This document shows, one piece after another, positions 1 through 13,788 of a stretch of 64,000 nucleotides of DNA (the stretch's first letter is position 1; each line of letters begins with the position of its first letter). Source of the stretch: Chlorokybus atmophyticus (Eukaryota; Plantae; Mesostigma and Chlorokybus algae); the NCBI GenBank assembly GCA_009103225.1, contig RHPI01003389.1, positions 536,099 to 600,098 on the forward strand, written 5' to 3'. The translations under genes and the position numbers were made by a program. Below the pieces are notes generated by a model, which saw only the letters and a program-made list of their open reading frames with translations, was not told where the DNA came from and ran no database searches.

Positions 1-1485
1 TTGTTCCTTTGCTGCTTGCTCTGCGGGTGGGGTCTCCTCCTCAAGGTCAATGGCATCCAGCAAGCCCTTCATGGCTGGTGGGATGTTGGTGTCTTCTGGG
101 TGTAATACTTGTCCAGCACGTTCTTGTTAAGTGGCTATAAACCATAAGCTCTAAAGCCACCCATAATGTTCGCGGGTGCGAGTCCTTGCAGCCAGGGGTT
201 CACCAGCAAGGACAAGAACTCGGCTCTAGACGGGTCTGAGTTGTATCTTGTTTCTTGTCTTGCTCTGTACTCTTTGCGATAAAACTTCTTTGAAAGGATG
301 AAAGCAGCTAACATCCAAGACTTGCAGGCGATGTGTGGTGTGGGGTGGGAGCACAAGGATGTGGAGACCCTGTTGCATTGCGAAGCTGATCATGTCGCTG
401 TTGTATCTGCTAACATGCCCATCCACCACCAAGAGAGCAGGGTTTATTGTGCTCACACCTTTGGGCACCTACTTCACAAGATGCTTGGTCCACCTGTCAA
501 AGATGTCTGTTGTCATCCACGCATTTTGTTGTTGCATAGCAAACACCGAGCCAGGTACTTTCACCCCAAATGCTCCGCGTTGTCTTGTGTCATGCGCTTC
601 CCCTTCATGATGCTGAGGAGTGGGAAGGTGTAGCCAGCTCCTGATACTGCTGCCATAATGGTAATATGCTCTCTGGTTTCTATTGTGGCTGTTTGAGCGC
701 AACGTGCACCACTGCATAAACAGGTGACAGTCAGCATGCCGCACAGTAATTGCTATGCAAGTAATGCATTACCAAACATACTTGCCTCTCACAGATGCCT
801 CGCTGGTTGTGCATGGTGGTGTCTGGCTCGACTCCCACCTCATCAGCAGAGTAGACGCGTTTTGGACCAACTCAACTCAAGTCTGCCACTACCTTCGCCA
901 AAAAGTCAAATTAATGATAAACAACATCTCCATTCAAAGCACATCTACTGGCCTTGTCCAACGCCTCAGCCTTGCGGGAGGTGAGGTGCTTTCTTGCCTT
1001 GAAACCACGCTACCACTTCTTCCCAGGTATCCCTCTTACACACAGCTTGGCACGCTCATCTCCTGCTAACCTCTTCCTTGCTTCAATACACATTCCAGTC
1101 CAAGTCACCCCTCTCCCACACTGGTTGATCACAAACTGAGCAAGCGACTCCTCGTCCTCTTCATCAAACAGAGTAGCTGCACCAGCACCCTTACATGCAA
1201 TTCACATGCATAAGCACATTCAGCACTTGCACATTGCACAAGCATTTACAAGCATTGCGCTCACTTGTACTTGTCGAGCAGGGCGGGATTGTCACAGTAA
1301 CGGCGAAGGTTTGTCCTTGGGATGCCAAGATCAGACAGTGCCTCGCTGATGCTCATGCAGCCTTCGCTAATGCCGTGCACTACCCTCTAGATGTCTGGCA
1401 TATCGAGGACGTAGTTTCTGTAGCCCTGTCGTCCCTTGGCACGAGCAGGGGTCTTGGCTCTCACACGTTTGCCCTGTGTTGCCAT
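1..1485 (-). mobile_element. pogo/Tc1-mariner-type DNA transposase pseudogene (HTH_psq + HTH_Tnp_Tc5 + DDE_1), 3' end may lie beyond the left window edge
   Basis: Minus-strand translation gives MATQGKRVRAK... (ATG 1485), an HTH-like RVVHGISEGCMSISEALSDLGIPRTNLRRY, a Tc5-like segment ending YSADEVG, then NAWMTTDIFDRW and LLVVDGHVSR...ILVLPPHTTHRLQVLDVSCFHPFK (DDE_1). In-frame stops occur at 1387-1389 and 1010-1012, among others. Confidence 0.85.
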
Positions 1486-2553
1486 GGTCAGCTGGCATGT
1501 TATGCAAAGGGGTGTCTGAGCGGCCATGTCGCAATTATGCCAAAACGGTGCACACGAGCAAGCCACCCACCCTGCTTGTAGAGGCGACCATAGGTAGCAG
1601 CAGTCATGGTAAACAACAGCAGCAAACTGTTTATAATGCAATATTAAAACGTGTGCAACTCTGCCTGCCTTACACACGCACTACTTGCATGCCATTTCCC
1701 TCACCTCACCTATGCTGCATCCTTGACCAACTTGCCTTACCACACAGTTGCAGCAACAAAAACTCTGCCAGACAAACTCACAATGTCTACACAAGCACGC
1801 CACAGCAACCAACACCCTCCCCCCCGCCCGTATGAGTAATACCCACCACTTAGGCACACTCCAAAAAGCTTATGCATTGCTTGCGAAACGTGTCACATGT
1901 AACTTTTGCAATTCATATTGTAATTATACAAAATTTGAGAATTAAGCTGTGTATTGCCTCAGTAACACGTCGCAAAAACCCCTTTCCATTTACTCTTCGT
2001 ACGCAACAATAATTAACTACCAACATGCGGCACTAGATCGAGGCAGCCCAACACATGCTGTACCGCTCTTTCAAAGCTCCCGCCACATTTATCCGTTTGC
2101 CTTGAAAGTTGGTTTGAGGGTGTATTACACTTGCTATCTACCTAACCTATAAGTTTGACCGCGATTGCCTAAGGGAATCACAAGATAACCGCCAAAAACC
2201 GCGTTTTGGCCAAATACGGGCGAGTGGCCAACTAGGGACCCCCTACCCTAACCTCCTCCAGCTGGTTGGGCCAGTCTCAAGCCACCCCTTCTGCCGTGAC
2301 ACTGTGAAGTTCACCGTCATGAGCCAGCAACTATCGCTGTCAGCCTTCCGCGGTCTGTAGCGCCGCAGCCAATTGGAGAGGAGCAGAAGAAGTCCACGCT
2401 ATTGTGCGCGTCACACTGCCTAACTGCATGTGTCACACTCACACGTAAGCACTGTCCTGAGCACGGAGCACGTCGGTTCGTGGTCCGCGGCATTGGCGAC
2501 GGCGGCGGCGGCGGTGTCGGCGGCATTGGCGTCCTCCAGGCCCGCGTCTCGTC

Positions 2554-5499
2554 ATGGACGCAATTGCATTCCTCGTGTGGCTGGTGGCTGGGTTCTTCTT
2601 GCTCAGCAGCCTGAGCACAGCATGGCGCTACAGGTCGGCTGCGGGCAGCTGTGCTTGCAGCTCTGCATGTGCGTGTGGGTCAAGTCTTCACGGTCATTGT
2701 CCTCGCCGTCGTCATTGTTTTGATCGTTCTTGTATGCCGTGTCTAGGCCTGGGGTGCACAGGGGCCCCCCCGTGCTGCCCGTCGTCGGTCACGCCCACCT
2801 GGTCGTCTTCCACATGCTGCGCGGCTCCTTACACGACTGGATCGCCGCCGAGTGCGCCGCCGCTCCCGCCGGCGCCTGGACGCTTGTCCTGCCAGGATTG
2901 GGCTCAGGCACTCCTTGGCAGGCATGTGTGCATTGGCAATGCAATATTGTCACAGGCATTTGTAGCTGAGCTGAATGTCACATCTTGTCAGTCACTGGTT
3001 ACACGCAGCAGGTTAGTTACTACCTGAGTGATGAGTCATAGTACTGACTCAGCTGAACACAATGAACAGCACACGTTTGCGTGACTATGCAGCCAATGCA
3101 TGCAGGGTCAGCAATACGTGCATTGCGGGTCACACCACTAAGTACTGACCATAGGCGTTGTTCGAACAAGTGCAAATGCAGCTGTTCATTTTAACACACC
3201 CAGTTTGTCGTTTACTTCACAGAGGCTGAGTCGGCTATTCATTCCTTCACTTCGGTACCACATCATATCGGACGTGCCTTCGGTGGAGCGCGTGCTCAAG
3301 ACCAACTTCGCCAACTATCCTAAGGGCCAACTCTTCCATGACATGCAGGTGTGGCTCGCTGTTCTTGTAATTGTTACGTGTCTGTAACTCATACCTCCCT
3401 CGAAACCCAAAACGCTGCATTGGCTTGCAGAAGGACGTGTTGGGTGACGGTATCTTTGCGGTGGATGGAGAAGCATGGAAGGCGCAGCGCAAGGCGGCCA
3501 GCTACGAGTTCAGTCATGCGAATCTGCGGGAGTTCACCGCCAAGGTGTTTGCGCATCACGCAAAGGTGAGTTGGCAAGCTTGTGCACGTTGTCAAGAATA
3601 ACATAACACGTGTGAAATCAGATTGTTGCGGACAATGTTGCCATGATGGCCAAGAGTGGCGAAAGTTTCAACCTCCATGACCTGTTTGGCCGGTACACAT
3701 TTGACAGGTGAGTGCACACGCATGCATGCGCATGCTCACGCGCGTTCAGTGGATGGCAACACACAACTTTGAGTCAGTGGGGTCATGTCTGCCTCGTGTT
3801 CAACCAACACTACCCACCAACAGCATACTGAAGATTGGTTTTGGTACGGACGTTAGCACGCTGAGTTCGTTTCCACCAACAACCAAAGCTGGCACCAGCA
3901 ACAATGCCAGTAAGCCCGTGTAAGGCTGTCGTACACATGCTCTGCGCTAACACACTGTTTATCACATGGCGTCCCACCCTTATACTCTCTCCATCACCCC
4001 AGCCTTGTCATTGCTGAGTGCCTTTGACGCCACGCTTCAATGTGGCTACATGAGGTTCTATTACGCGGACTTCTACCCGCTGTTGCGCGCGCTGAGCATC
4101 GGGCCGGAAGGGCGCATGGCCAAGGCGTCTGCGGTTGTCAACGAGTTCTCTTACGGCGTGGTGAGGGCACGCAGGGCTGAGCTGGTGCACGCACCGGATG
4201 CCGTGCATGCGCGACATGACCTGCTTTCCAGGTAGGTAGAGAGAGTGCATGTATGTAACCATGTGCGCATGTGCATGTGCGTGCGCGTGTGCTTAGGTAC
4301 GAGTGTGCTTACGCACACATGTGCATTTGTGCATGCGCATACATGTGTGCGTGCATGTGTATGTTTGTGTGCGCGCGCGCTGTGTGTTGTGGTCCTGTAG
4401 GGCACACAGACACATAAAGCTTTACACACAATCAACGCTGTGGCGTCGCAGGTTCATACTCCTTGCCAATGGCAACGGCGATGATCGGTACCTTCGTGAT
4501 ATAATCATCAATTTTGTGGTCGCCGGGCGTGATACAACTGCTTCAGCACTGTCATGGATGTTCTACATGATCACGCAGGTACTTCGTGCATATTGGCTCT
4601 CAAAGCCTATAACACTTCCGGTGGTTGACATGTTGTGTGCAGCATCCTCACGTTCAAGAAGAGATAGTCACTGAGCTAGAGCGAGTTGTGGGCACCGACG
4701 TGGGCACGCCGCCAACATATGTACAGCTACATCAATGCCACTACTTGCATGCATGCTTTTCTGAGACACTCCGGCTCTACCCTTCAGTCCCGCTCGACAG
4801 CCACGTCGCCCTACACGTATGTGCATGCAACCCACGTGTACTCTACACAATTACTTTACGATCACACGCGTGCATATGCACCCTACGCGCGCGCACGCAC
4901 CCACCAGCGCACAAACAAACAAGCATCTGCACACACATACACACGTGTTGCGCTTGCGCAGGATGACGTGCTGCCGAACGGGCTGAAAATGGACGCGGAT
5001 GAGCACGCGACATATTCGTCGTACGCAATGGGGCGAGCGCCGTGGGTTTGGGGCAAGGATGCGGCTGAATTCAGACCCGAGCGCTGGCTCGCGAACGATG
5101 AAGCCACCGGCACGCGTGTGTTTCAGAACCAATCGCCCTTCACTTTCACCGCGTTCCATGCGGGCCCGCGGCTGTGCCTTGGCAAAGACATGGCCTACGT
5201 TGAGGTGGGTTTGTGTATACACCGTAACCAGCAACGCTTTTGTGCAATGCATCATGTGCTCATACGCTCACAATATTCCTTGTGCGTGTGTGCCCCTTGT
5301 CGTGTGCTACATAGTTACAGGTAGAGATGATTTCTTATATGTGTGATTGTTGCAGGCCAAAACAGCTGCTGCGCTGCTTTTGCGCAAGTACAACTTCACG
5401 CTCGCAACGGACTACAAGCGGCCGGTGCCCGAGCTTAACTTTGTGCTTGGCATGCGCAACGGCCTGCATGTTGTGGCAACACCGAGGGTGTGTCGCTGA
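2554..5499 (+). CDS. Cytochrome P450, CYP86 clan (CYP704/CYP86/CYP94-like fatty-acid hydroxylase), about 11 exons
   Basis: N-terminal membrane anchor MDAIAFLVWLVAGFFLL. Clan-typical VERVLKTNFANYPKG and LGDGIFAVDGEAWKAQRKAASYEF. I-helix NFVVAGRDTTASALSW, ETLRLYPSVP (ExxR), FRPERW and heme motif FHAGPRLCLGKDMAY. Stop TGA at 5497-5499. Confidence 0.93.
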
Positions 5500-6022
5500 G
5501 CCGCGCGTCATCATGTGCCATCTTTCTGTTGCCGCACGCAAGCACAACACAGAGCAACAACAATGGTTGTATATAGGTTGTGTAGAACATACATTAAACC
5601 GCTTCTTTCATTTTCAATAACTAACTATGCTACAATAAGGCAATCAGGGCTTCCAGTATGCATGTCTGTTGTAGTGGGTCGTAGACCATGAGTTTCACTT
5701 GTAGTCCGCACCAGCAAGAGTCTGTGCCCATGAGGTGCTGGTGGTTGCGATTAATACGCAATTAGCAGCAACATGTGCCATTCTGGCCGGACATGTTCAA
5801 AGCTGGTAGCTGGAGTACCAACTCTATAACATGTGAATGGCCTGCTTTTGCTACTGAAGCTTCCAAACAAAATTGGGCCCTTGCACGCATCCTGCCCTAC
5901 CGTGTGCTGTACTGTGCTGTGCGGGGTGCGTGCATGTTCACAACACCGTGTTACCATGCGGCTGCTCCAACCTCAGAGAACCCCGTGATACACAGCTCCT
6001 CTTATAACAGAGATGTTGCCAC

Positions 6023-6382
6023 TCAACACTCCTCAGACCCAAACTCCATCCCAGTGCCCACCCGTCCCCTCGCACCCTTCTCGCCCTCTCCCGCGCAAAG
6101 CACGCACGCCACGCAGCCCTTCCCCCCGCAGGCTTTGCACCTTGCATGCGCAACAACCTCGTTTGCAGTGTTCACATCAACAACCAGCAACCCTCCCCAA
6201 GAAGCAAACCCTCTTACCTGGCGAGCCCGATGATGCCGCCCACCCCCGCACCCCCGGGCCGCGTGAGCGCACGCCCTTCACCCTCGCACGCAGCGCACGC
6301 ATGCCAACCACGTCCCACAGCGCACAACGGACAGAACTCTCTGAAGCTGCTGCTGTGTGTAGTTGGGTGTGTAAGTGTCTGT

Positions 6383-6449
<67 letters not shown>

Positions 6450-6847
6450 GCATGTGTGTGTACAGGATATACAGAATGCTAATGCGGACATCTCGGGGAC
6501 ATGCAAAACCGACCCTTACCTATCCGCTGTGGATAGAGTTGATGTCACTGTGGTTGCTTTGCATCGTCGCAAGCCGGGCTCCCTGTATCTTGGGTGGTAG
6601 CCTGGTGGTGAGACGTTTGTTGCAGTGAAACAACTTTGTGCATGCCATGTCCAACAGCCACGTAGAAAAGCGCATATATAACTCTGTCACAGGTTATGCT
6701 TATACACAAAACCCTTCAAGTCAGCATGTTTTCATGATTGGCTGTTCCGAAAAGCCACATCAATCAAGCTGAATTCAAGCACTCCCCTTTACCATTGCAC
6801 ATTGAATCTGTCCAACAAGGGGACAACACGCTGGCGGCCGTCGACAT
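6023..6847 (-). CDS. DnaJ-like zinc-finger-only protein (DNAJE/BSD2-like architecture), probably plastid-targeted, 4 exons
   Basis: Hand-spliced exons 6847-6793, 6601-6520, 6346-6218 and 6140-6023 are phase-consistent with GT-AG introns. They give MSTAASVLSP...FCPLCAVGRGWHACAACEGEG...RCKACGGKGCVACVLCAGEGEKG...*, i.e. four CxxCxGxG-type repeats, a Ser/Thr-rich N-terminus and no J-domain. No single ORF in the supplied track shows this gene. Confidence 0.75.
6392..6447. repeat. (GA)n microsatellite in intron 2 of the DnaJ-zinc-finger gene
   Basis: Pure AG dinucleotide run. Confidence 0.95.
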
Positions 6848-7329
6848 TGGCCCACTACCGCCGCCGCCGCCGCCGCCGCCGCTGTCACATCAGCAACATG
6901 CTGCGTAATAGCCACTGGGCACTTTTGCTTATAACGAGGGAAACGAGGCAATGTTTCTGTATTTTACCACTATGAGATTGTGATGGTGAAGCACATGACA
7001 TCACGACTTTGCTTTACACACTGTTCCGCCTTCACATTCAATAACCTCGCCACGTGCACGCTCCAAGTTGGTGTTATCCATCAGCATGTGGTCGCTATAT
7101 AGTTAGCTGACCAGAAATAGACTGATGAGAAAGGACAGCAGCTTGTGTCAGCTGATGAGTTGATGGCCACATGCAAGCTTGCCACTATGCACAAGTTCCA
7201 TGCTTGCAGGTCTCCGCAACCAGCATATATAGCAGCGAATATTCCATAGAGCTGTGTACATTGGAGTTGATAAACAAGCGCGATGCCCACAGCCAGGCAC
7301 GCAATAACTGTACAGAATCCATCACCACA

Positions 7330-10300
7330 TTACACATCACTAAGTGTCACTTCACACTGTTTCCGCTTCAACTTATCTTCCCACTCCGCCTCTCTCTCCC
7401 TCCACTTCCTCTCCCACTCCCCATTAACCCTCCTCATCTCCCCTTCCACCTCCCTACTCCTCCTCTCTTCCAGCTCCTCCGCCGCCAGCTTCGCCCGCGC
7501 GAGCTCCCTCTCTATCGACGCCACGTACGTCGCGGTCGCGGTGGATTGCTGCAGCCTCTCGCACTCGGCGGACTTGCGCTTCAGCTCCGCTCTTGTTTCG
7601 GCTGCTGATGCGGCTTCGGTCCGAGCACGCTCGTCTGAATGCTCGCATGAGACCAACAGCTCCGTAACACGCCTCTCCGCTTGCTCCATCGCCTGCAAAG
7701 CAACAATCCGTTGGAATACGCGTGTACCCAACAACTCACTTCAATCCAGTCTTTAGTGTTGCATTCTCAATTCAACCTGTGCATCGCTCCATGACCACAG
7801 CTTGTCACCTCACTTGGTGTACATCATTGTACGGATGCACGCAAGTATTCAAGTGCCCATTTATTGCGTCATTGACCTCACTGCCCATGCATGTGACCAG
7901 TCATGCAACCATCAAAGCGTCCTTCCTCACCTCACGTTTGGCCGCCTGCACGCGTTCCATGGTCGCTGCCTCCCATATGGACCTCTCCTCAGCATGCCGC
8001 AAACACTGCATTGTTCATATCTGGTCACAAACTTTTCACCGCAACCCCAACAAACCAGCAACTCCAGCGAATAACGTGAAATCGCGCTCACCTCTTCCTC
8101 CAGTGCCTTGCATGCAGCCCGCCACTCCTCCTTCGCCTCCCTCACGCGCTCCTCGCTGATCTCCGCCCCACGCGTCACGCCCTCCGCGCGCGCAGCCTCC
8201 AGCTGAGTGCGAGCAGAAGTGTGCGTTGTGTTTCACGCGCGCAGGTACACGCACGAGCTGATGCGTGTGTGTAAGCTGGAATTGGCAAGTATGAATTTTG
8301 AGATCACTACACAAACAGCCGTTGTATGTATGTGTGCACCACCTGCGCGTCCTTCTCCCGCTCCCACACCGCCAGCTCCTCCCTGATGACGCCCTCGCTG
8401 AGGAGCCGCTCAAGAAGAGCCGTATCACTCTGAACCTACGAGTGATGTATGCATCAATACTTCACGCTGTTGAAGCATAGATCGATAAGACAACCTGTTG
8501 CCATGCATGTTGTGACTACATAGCCATTTACCAAGAATCAAAATTGCGTATCATATCAGGTCTGGTAACCTATACATGTTGGTGTGTATACTGTTGCATA
8601 TGCTGGCGGATACGGCAACGCTCAAGTCACCTGGAGAAGTTCTGTGGCCTTTTGGTGTGTAAGTGTCTCAACCGTCTCGCGCACATGCGCCTCCCACACA
8701 CCCCGCGCGGCGGCGATGCCCTCCTCGCGCGCACCCACAATTTCCAGCAGCTTGTCCGTCTCCCACCCTCGCCTCTACACGCCATGTGGGGTGCACTCAC
8801 GAAGGTGGATACCACATGTGTGCATGCAACCACACGTTGACACAACATAGTACCTGTGTTTCGGCCTCGGCCTTGAAAGCGCCTTGCGTTGCAGTCAAAG
8901 CCTCGTTGTGGCCTCGCCTCTGTGCGGGTAAGATATTGGTGTGTGTTTAGTTGTTGTACAGGTGGCAATGTTGTGTTTCTTCTCCCTCCTCACCTCTGCT
9001 TGGACAACGCTGTCCATCTCGATCACAGCACGCATGCCCGCAGCGCATAACCGCGCAAGCGTGGCATTGGTTCCCTCATTCCAATGCTGTTGTTGTTGCC
9101 TACTCGCGTGCTCAGATGCAACATCTACTCTTGCGTCAGACACAACACTCGCCATGCCTTGAACAAAACCCGCAGCCGTTTCCGCACCCACTGCTCGCAG
9201 CCGTTTCAGCAGGCCTTCCGGCAGCTCAGTCAGCATAGCTTCCTCTCTGCAAAAGGCCAAAGCCTCTTCCAGCTCGTTTAACCGCATCTGGGCAGATGCC
9301 AACCGGCATTGCATTTCACTGACGGCTTCCTCAGTTACTGTCTGACCGGCCAAATGGAACCGCAATAACTGGCATTCTTCCTCTAACTCGGTCAACCGGG
9401 AACTGCGGTTGTCCACTTCGCCACGTAACTGACCGATCTCTTCCTGCAAAGACATGTTCGCAGTTGCTTTCTCGGCTAGTGTCTGCTCCAAAGCAGTGGA
9501 ATCTTCATCCCGCGACCGAAGCTCGCCCCTAAGCTCCTCAACTGCACATGGTTATCACGGGTTAATGACACAGACACACTCGCATCCACGTACAGATGTC
9601 TGCGCACACACGCATGCGCACGCCCACGCGCACGCATATGCATGCGTGCAGGCACGGGCACAGGCACAGGCACGCACACCACGACCACGACCATGACCAC
9701 CACCACCACCACCACCACCACAACGATGACGACAGCACAGACACACAAGCACGCGGTTATACCTTGACACACAAGCGCACGCATGTGCGGGCATACGACA
9801 ACAACCGTCACACTCACTGGCGTTATGGAGAGTGCGTGCCTCCTCTTCACCCTCTTCAAGCCTCTGCTGCTGTCTGAACAGCTGTCGCTTCAGCCCGGCC
9901 ACCATATTAACCTGCAGGAATGGTGAGCTTACTACGCCACATCACCGCCCCCAACAGCTGGCCCATCGAAATTGGAAACATTCCACTTACTGCCTTTGCG
10001 CTGATGCGCTCCTCTGTCTCGCGCATCCGCTCAGCCTCTGCCACTGCCGCTTGTATGCTCGCCTGCCAACTCAACTGGTCACACATAACTCACACTCACA
10101 CACGTGCTCACAACATTGTTGTTAGCGAGCACTGCCCACCTGAAGTTCTTCGTTCACCGCGGTCAAGCGCTGAACCTCACCATCTTTGCTCGCCAGCTGA
10201 CAGGGGCGACAACACGTACACACATACACTTGAGTCAATTGTGATCTGGCTTACAAACAATCAGCTGCTAAGCACGCTCACCTTCTTCACCAACTTGCTG

Positions 10301-13300
10301 CTTGCTAGCTGCTCTGCTTCATCCGACACCGCTCTGGCCATTTCCATCCGTGCAACACGAGCCTGTAAATAGACACACGCACATGACTCATATGGTAATG
10401 GTACACGCTCGTGTGCAAGCAACGCACCTGTGATTGTGCATTGACTGCAGTCAATCGCTGCACCTCCGCATCACTCTGCTCAAGCTGCCAAGCACAATAT
10501 ATAAGCATGCACGCACGCTCTCACATCAATACACTTCAAGTCAACGAAGACTTGCCTCGAAGGCCCTCTGCGCAGACTCGGCCTGCATGTTCACAATCCG
10601 GGCCTAACCCAACGTAAGCATCACATCAAGTTACAACAACCATACTTCACACTCAGCAGCTTCAACAGAGCCTTGCTGCTCACCTGGAGAGAGGCAATAT
10701 GTTGCTGCGTGCGCTCACTCTCGCCAGCTGTCACTTGCTGCTGCCTTTGCTCCAACAAAGCCTCCTCCAACTCTGCCATGCGCGCCTGACACACGCAAAC
10801 ATGTCCAATACAACCACATGTACACGTGCAGACACACGCTGCGTAAACCCATGTGGTCATTACTCACCTTAAGCCCGGCGACTTTAGCCCGTAGTCCCGC
10901 AGCCGCAGCAACCTCGTCCTCATCCACCTCATCACCACCACCACCATGCTTGCGCCCCCTCTCCACCCGCTCCTCCTCCCGCTCCCTTTCGAGTCGCTGC
11001 ACCTCCCCCCACGCCTCCTCGATCTCCCGCTCGCGCGCACCCAGACGCGCACGCAGACCCTCCACCTCGTCCGCGTCCTCCTCAACACGCTTCGCCAACT
11101 GCGTGTGGATACACAAACACTCTTTGTGTGCCAACATTGAGCCGATGCTGATGCCTATAAACAACAAGTCATGCGCCTGCCTCTGTGCGGGCCTGGCGAA
11201 GGGACTTTCCCAGCGCGGCGGACTTCCTTTCCAGCTCGGCGATGCGGCGAGCGTCTTCGTCGGATGCTTGTTGGGACTCGGATTGGAGCCGCGTCACCTC
11301 GCTCTCCAAGCACCTGGCCTGGAAGCAGTCAAGCAGAGTGATGTGAAACCGTGGTTGTGAATGTGTGAGTGTGTGCGCGTGCACGTGTACATGCATACAC
11401 GCACGCACACACTCACCACCATCATCACTCTCGCTCACCCTATGCAGCGCCTCCTCCTGCGCCACCATAGCTCTTTCCACCGCCTCCTTGGCCTCCTTCA
11501 CCTCCTCATGGTGGTGGTGGTTGTGGCTCCCTCCACCCGAGCTTTGCCCAAGCTCCGCCTTGATCGCGGCCACGTCGCGCGCGTGGCCCTCGCGCGCGGC
11601 CGCCAGGTCCGATGCGAGCCGGGACAGCTGAGAGGACTGGGCGGAGGACTGGGCGGTGAGGACGGCGAGGGACTGGTCCTTAGCACTGGGGACGGGAGGA
11701 GAGAGTGAGTGTTGTTTGTACACAATGCTGTGTATCAGTACGGGACGCGTCTTGTACGAAGTGTCATGCCGCGCACACACAATGCACATGTTGATGGCAT
11801 CAGGTATTGAGTGCAGCCGTGTACAATGCATGCAATCTAGTAGCTGGAGAGTGCATGTCCTTTGGACGTGGTAAACATCCCGCACGCACCCCATAGCAAC
11901 AAACACGTACTGCATGCCTTTCGATGTATTGTAGTCCATGAGCAAAGGAGCAGTCTTGCCATACTCACCGCAATGCTGTCTTCATGGACGCCAGCTGCGC
12001 ATCCCTCCCCGCTCCCGCCTTCCGCAGCTGCTCTTCGCAGGCTGCCAGCCGCGCACTGAGCTCCAACACAACCACATCCTTCTCCTTGTCCTTGTCCACC
12101 TCCGCCCGCACCTTCGCAGCCTTGGCTCTGCCTGCTCTCGGTACCGCAGGCTTGCGCGAGGGCGGTCTGGCTTCCGAACTGCTGCCGCTGCGCCTGTCGG
12201 ACACGGCTTCTTCTTCGCCCGCTTCACGCTCTCTGTCACGCTCCCTTTCGCTTTCCCTCTCATGTTGCAAAGCTTCCAGCTCTTCAACTCGCTTGAGAAC
12301 CTTCTTCAGGTCCACATCTGCTGTGGGTCCTGGTGCCATGAATGCTGCGTGTTGCGTGCGTGTGGTTGTGATGTCGTTGTGTGAGTGGACCGCAGCATCT
12401 GGCTTGGCAGCGGGCGCAGTTAGAGGCCTCTCAGATGAAATGTCCACCAGGCGCTGCAATGTTGGTATGCAAACGGGCTTGAGTGTTGGAAGGCAAGATC
12501 ACTCATATGTCACACATGCATGCACGCACGGACAAGCATGCCAACATGTAAGCATGAGCGCACACACATGCGCATGTGCATGCGCACGCGCGCACACACA
12601 AACAAACAAGCACATGCACACAGACAAAAATAGCCAACCCTCACGCACCTGAGGGATGTGGTCTTGCATAGCGGGTGCCATGAAGCTTGACGGCGGTGCT
12701 GCCAGCTGGATGATGACATACACAATACCGCTCAGCATATATGTACTGACAGCAACAGCATTGCTCTCTTCACCTCAGACTGAAGCCGCCTGGCTGCTGG
12801 CAGCGCTGCCGGTTTCACCAACACCTCCTGCCAAGAGTCCATTCCCCATCACAACATCCCCACGCAAAATTTACACATTCACAGATGCACTAGCATACCA
12901 TAGTTTGTCCAGCATGAATCACGTGCGTGACATGCTCGCGCCGCCCCACACTGTTCACTTGTGGTGACGCCTCACGGACGACATCCGCACCGTCATCAGC
13001 ATTGTCCGCTGCGACGCGACCCTCCTGCAGCTGGCGGAGCGCCTGAGCCGCGTGGCGCTTGATCGTGAACAGGTGCTCGTCGGCCCAATCGGGAGTTGCC
13101 ATCTGTGCGGCGGGCAACGCATGCGTGGTCGGGTACTCTGCCCTGCACGCCCATATACAGGCATATGTGCACTGATGAAACTTTTGTTGACTTGCTGTAA
13201 GGAGTGTGAAGCAAGTCGTGCTATCATATCATGTGTGTGGTTGGTGATATACCATGCGGTTTACAGAGATATTAGGACTCTAAACACTAGATAGTGTTTA

Positions 13301-13788
13301 GAGTCCTAATATCTCTGTAGAAGGACACGCAAAGTGAGACACTGCCTGCGCGCCTGCAGTTTACAAGTTGTGTTGGCATGTTTAACAAGCATGTGGACAT
13401 GTGTGCGTATGTACTCGTGGATGAGTCGGCGCTGGTTTTGCACAATCTGCGACACAATCTTCTGCTTGCGCCGCTGCCGCTCCAAATCCATCACCAAACG
13501 CCTGCCAAGCATGAGTCTTCAACACAAGAACAACAGCAACACGCACATGCACGCACGCGCACGCACATTGACACACACATACACACGTCCACATGCACAC
13601 ACGCGCACGCGCACATACCTTCTTTCGCTGCTCTCAATTGCCAGCTGTCCCTGCAGCTCCTCAAGCGTGCCGCTGAGCGCCGCCACAGCCGCCGCGCCCG
13701 CCTCGCAAGACGAGTTGTTTACTGCTGCTGCTGCTGCTGCTGATGGTGATGGCTGCTGCTGGCGAGGATAGCGCTGCTCTCTCGACAT
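7330..13788 (-). CDS. Large multi-exon coiled-coil protein of unknown function
   Basis: Many E/R/A/L/Q-rich heptad exons flanked by GT-AG sites, e.g. MSREQRYPRQQQ...LEELQGQLAIESSER (ATG 13788), DLKKVLKRVEELEALQHERE, EQTLAEKATANMSLQEEIGQLRGEVDNRSSRLTELEEE, and a last exon ...EWEDKLKRKQCEVTLSDV* ending at 7330. The full exon chain was not resolved, and a further 5' exon near 14290-14370 is possible. Confidence 0.7.
13262..13319. mobile_element. Perfect palindrome (28-bp arms, 2-nt loop); tiny TA-flanked MITE-like element in an intron
   Basis: TA-CAGAGATATTAGGACTCTAAACACTA-GA-TAGTGTTTAGAGTCCTAATATCTCTG-TA. The arms are exact reverse complements. Confidence 0.7.

Noticed and set aside
2190-2235. 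Candidate terminal inverted repeat of the pogo element
   Set aside because: The partner end is outside the window, so it cannot be verified. The short match to 58795-58815 is too small to interpret.
6013-6628. Plus-strand Pro-rich ORFs (195 and 160 aa)
   Set aside because: Antisense shadows of the minus-strand DnaJ-zinc-finger gene plus the GA repeat.
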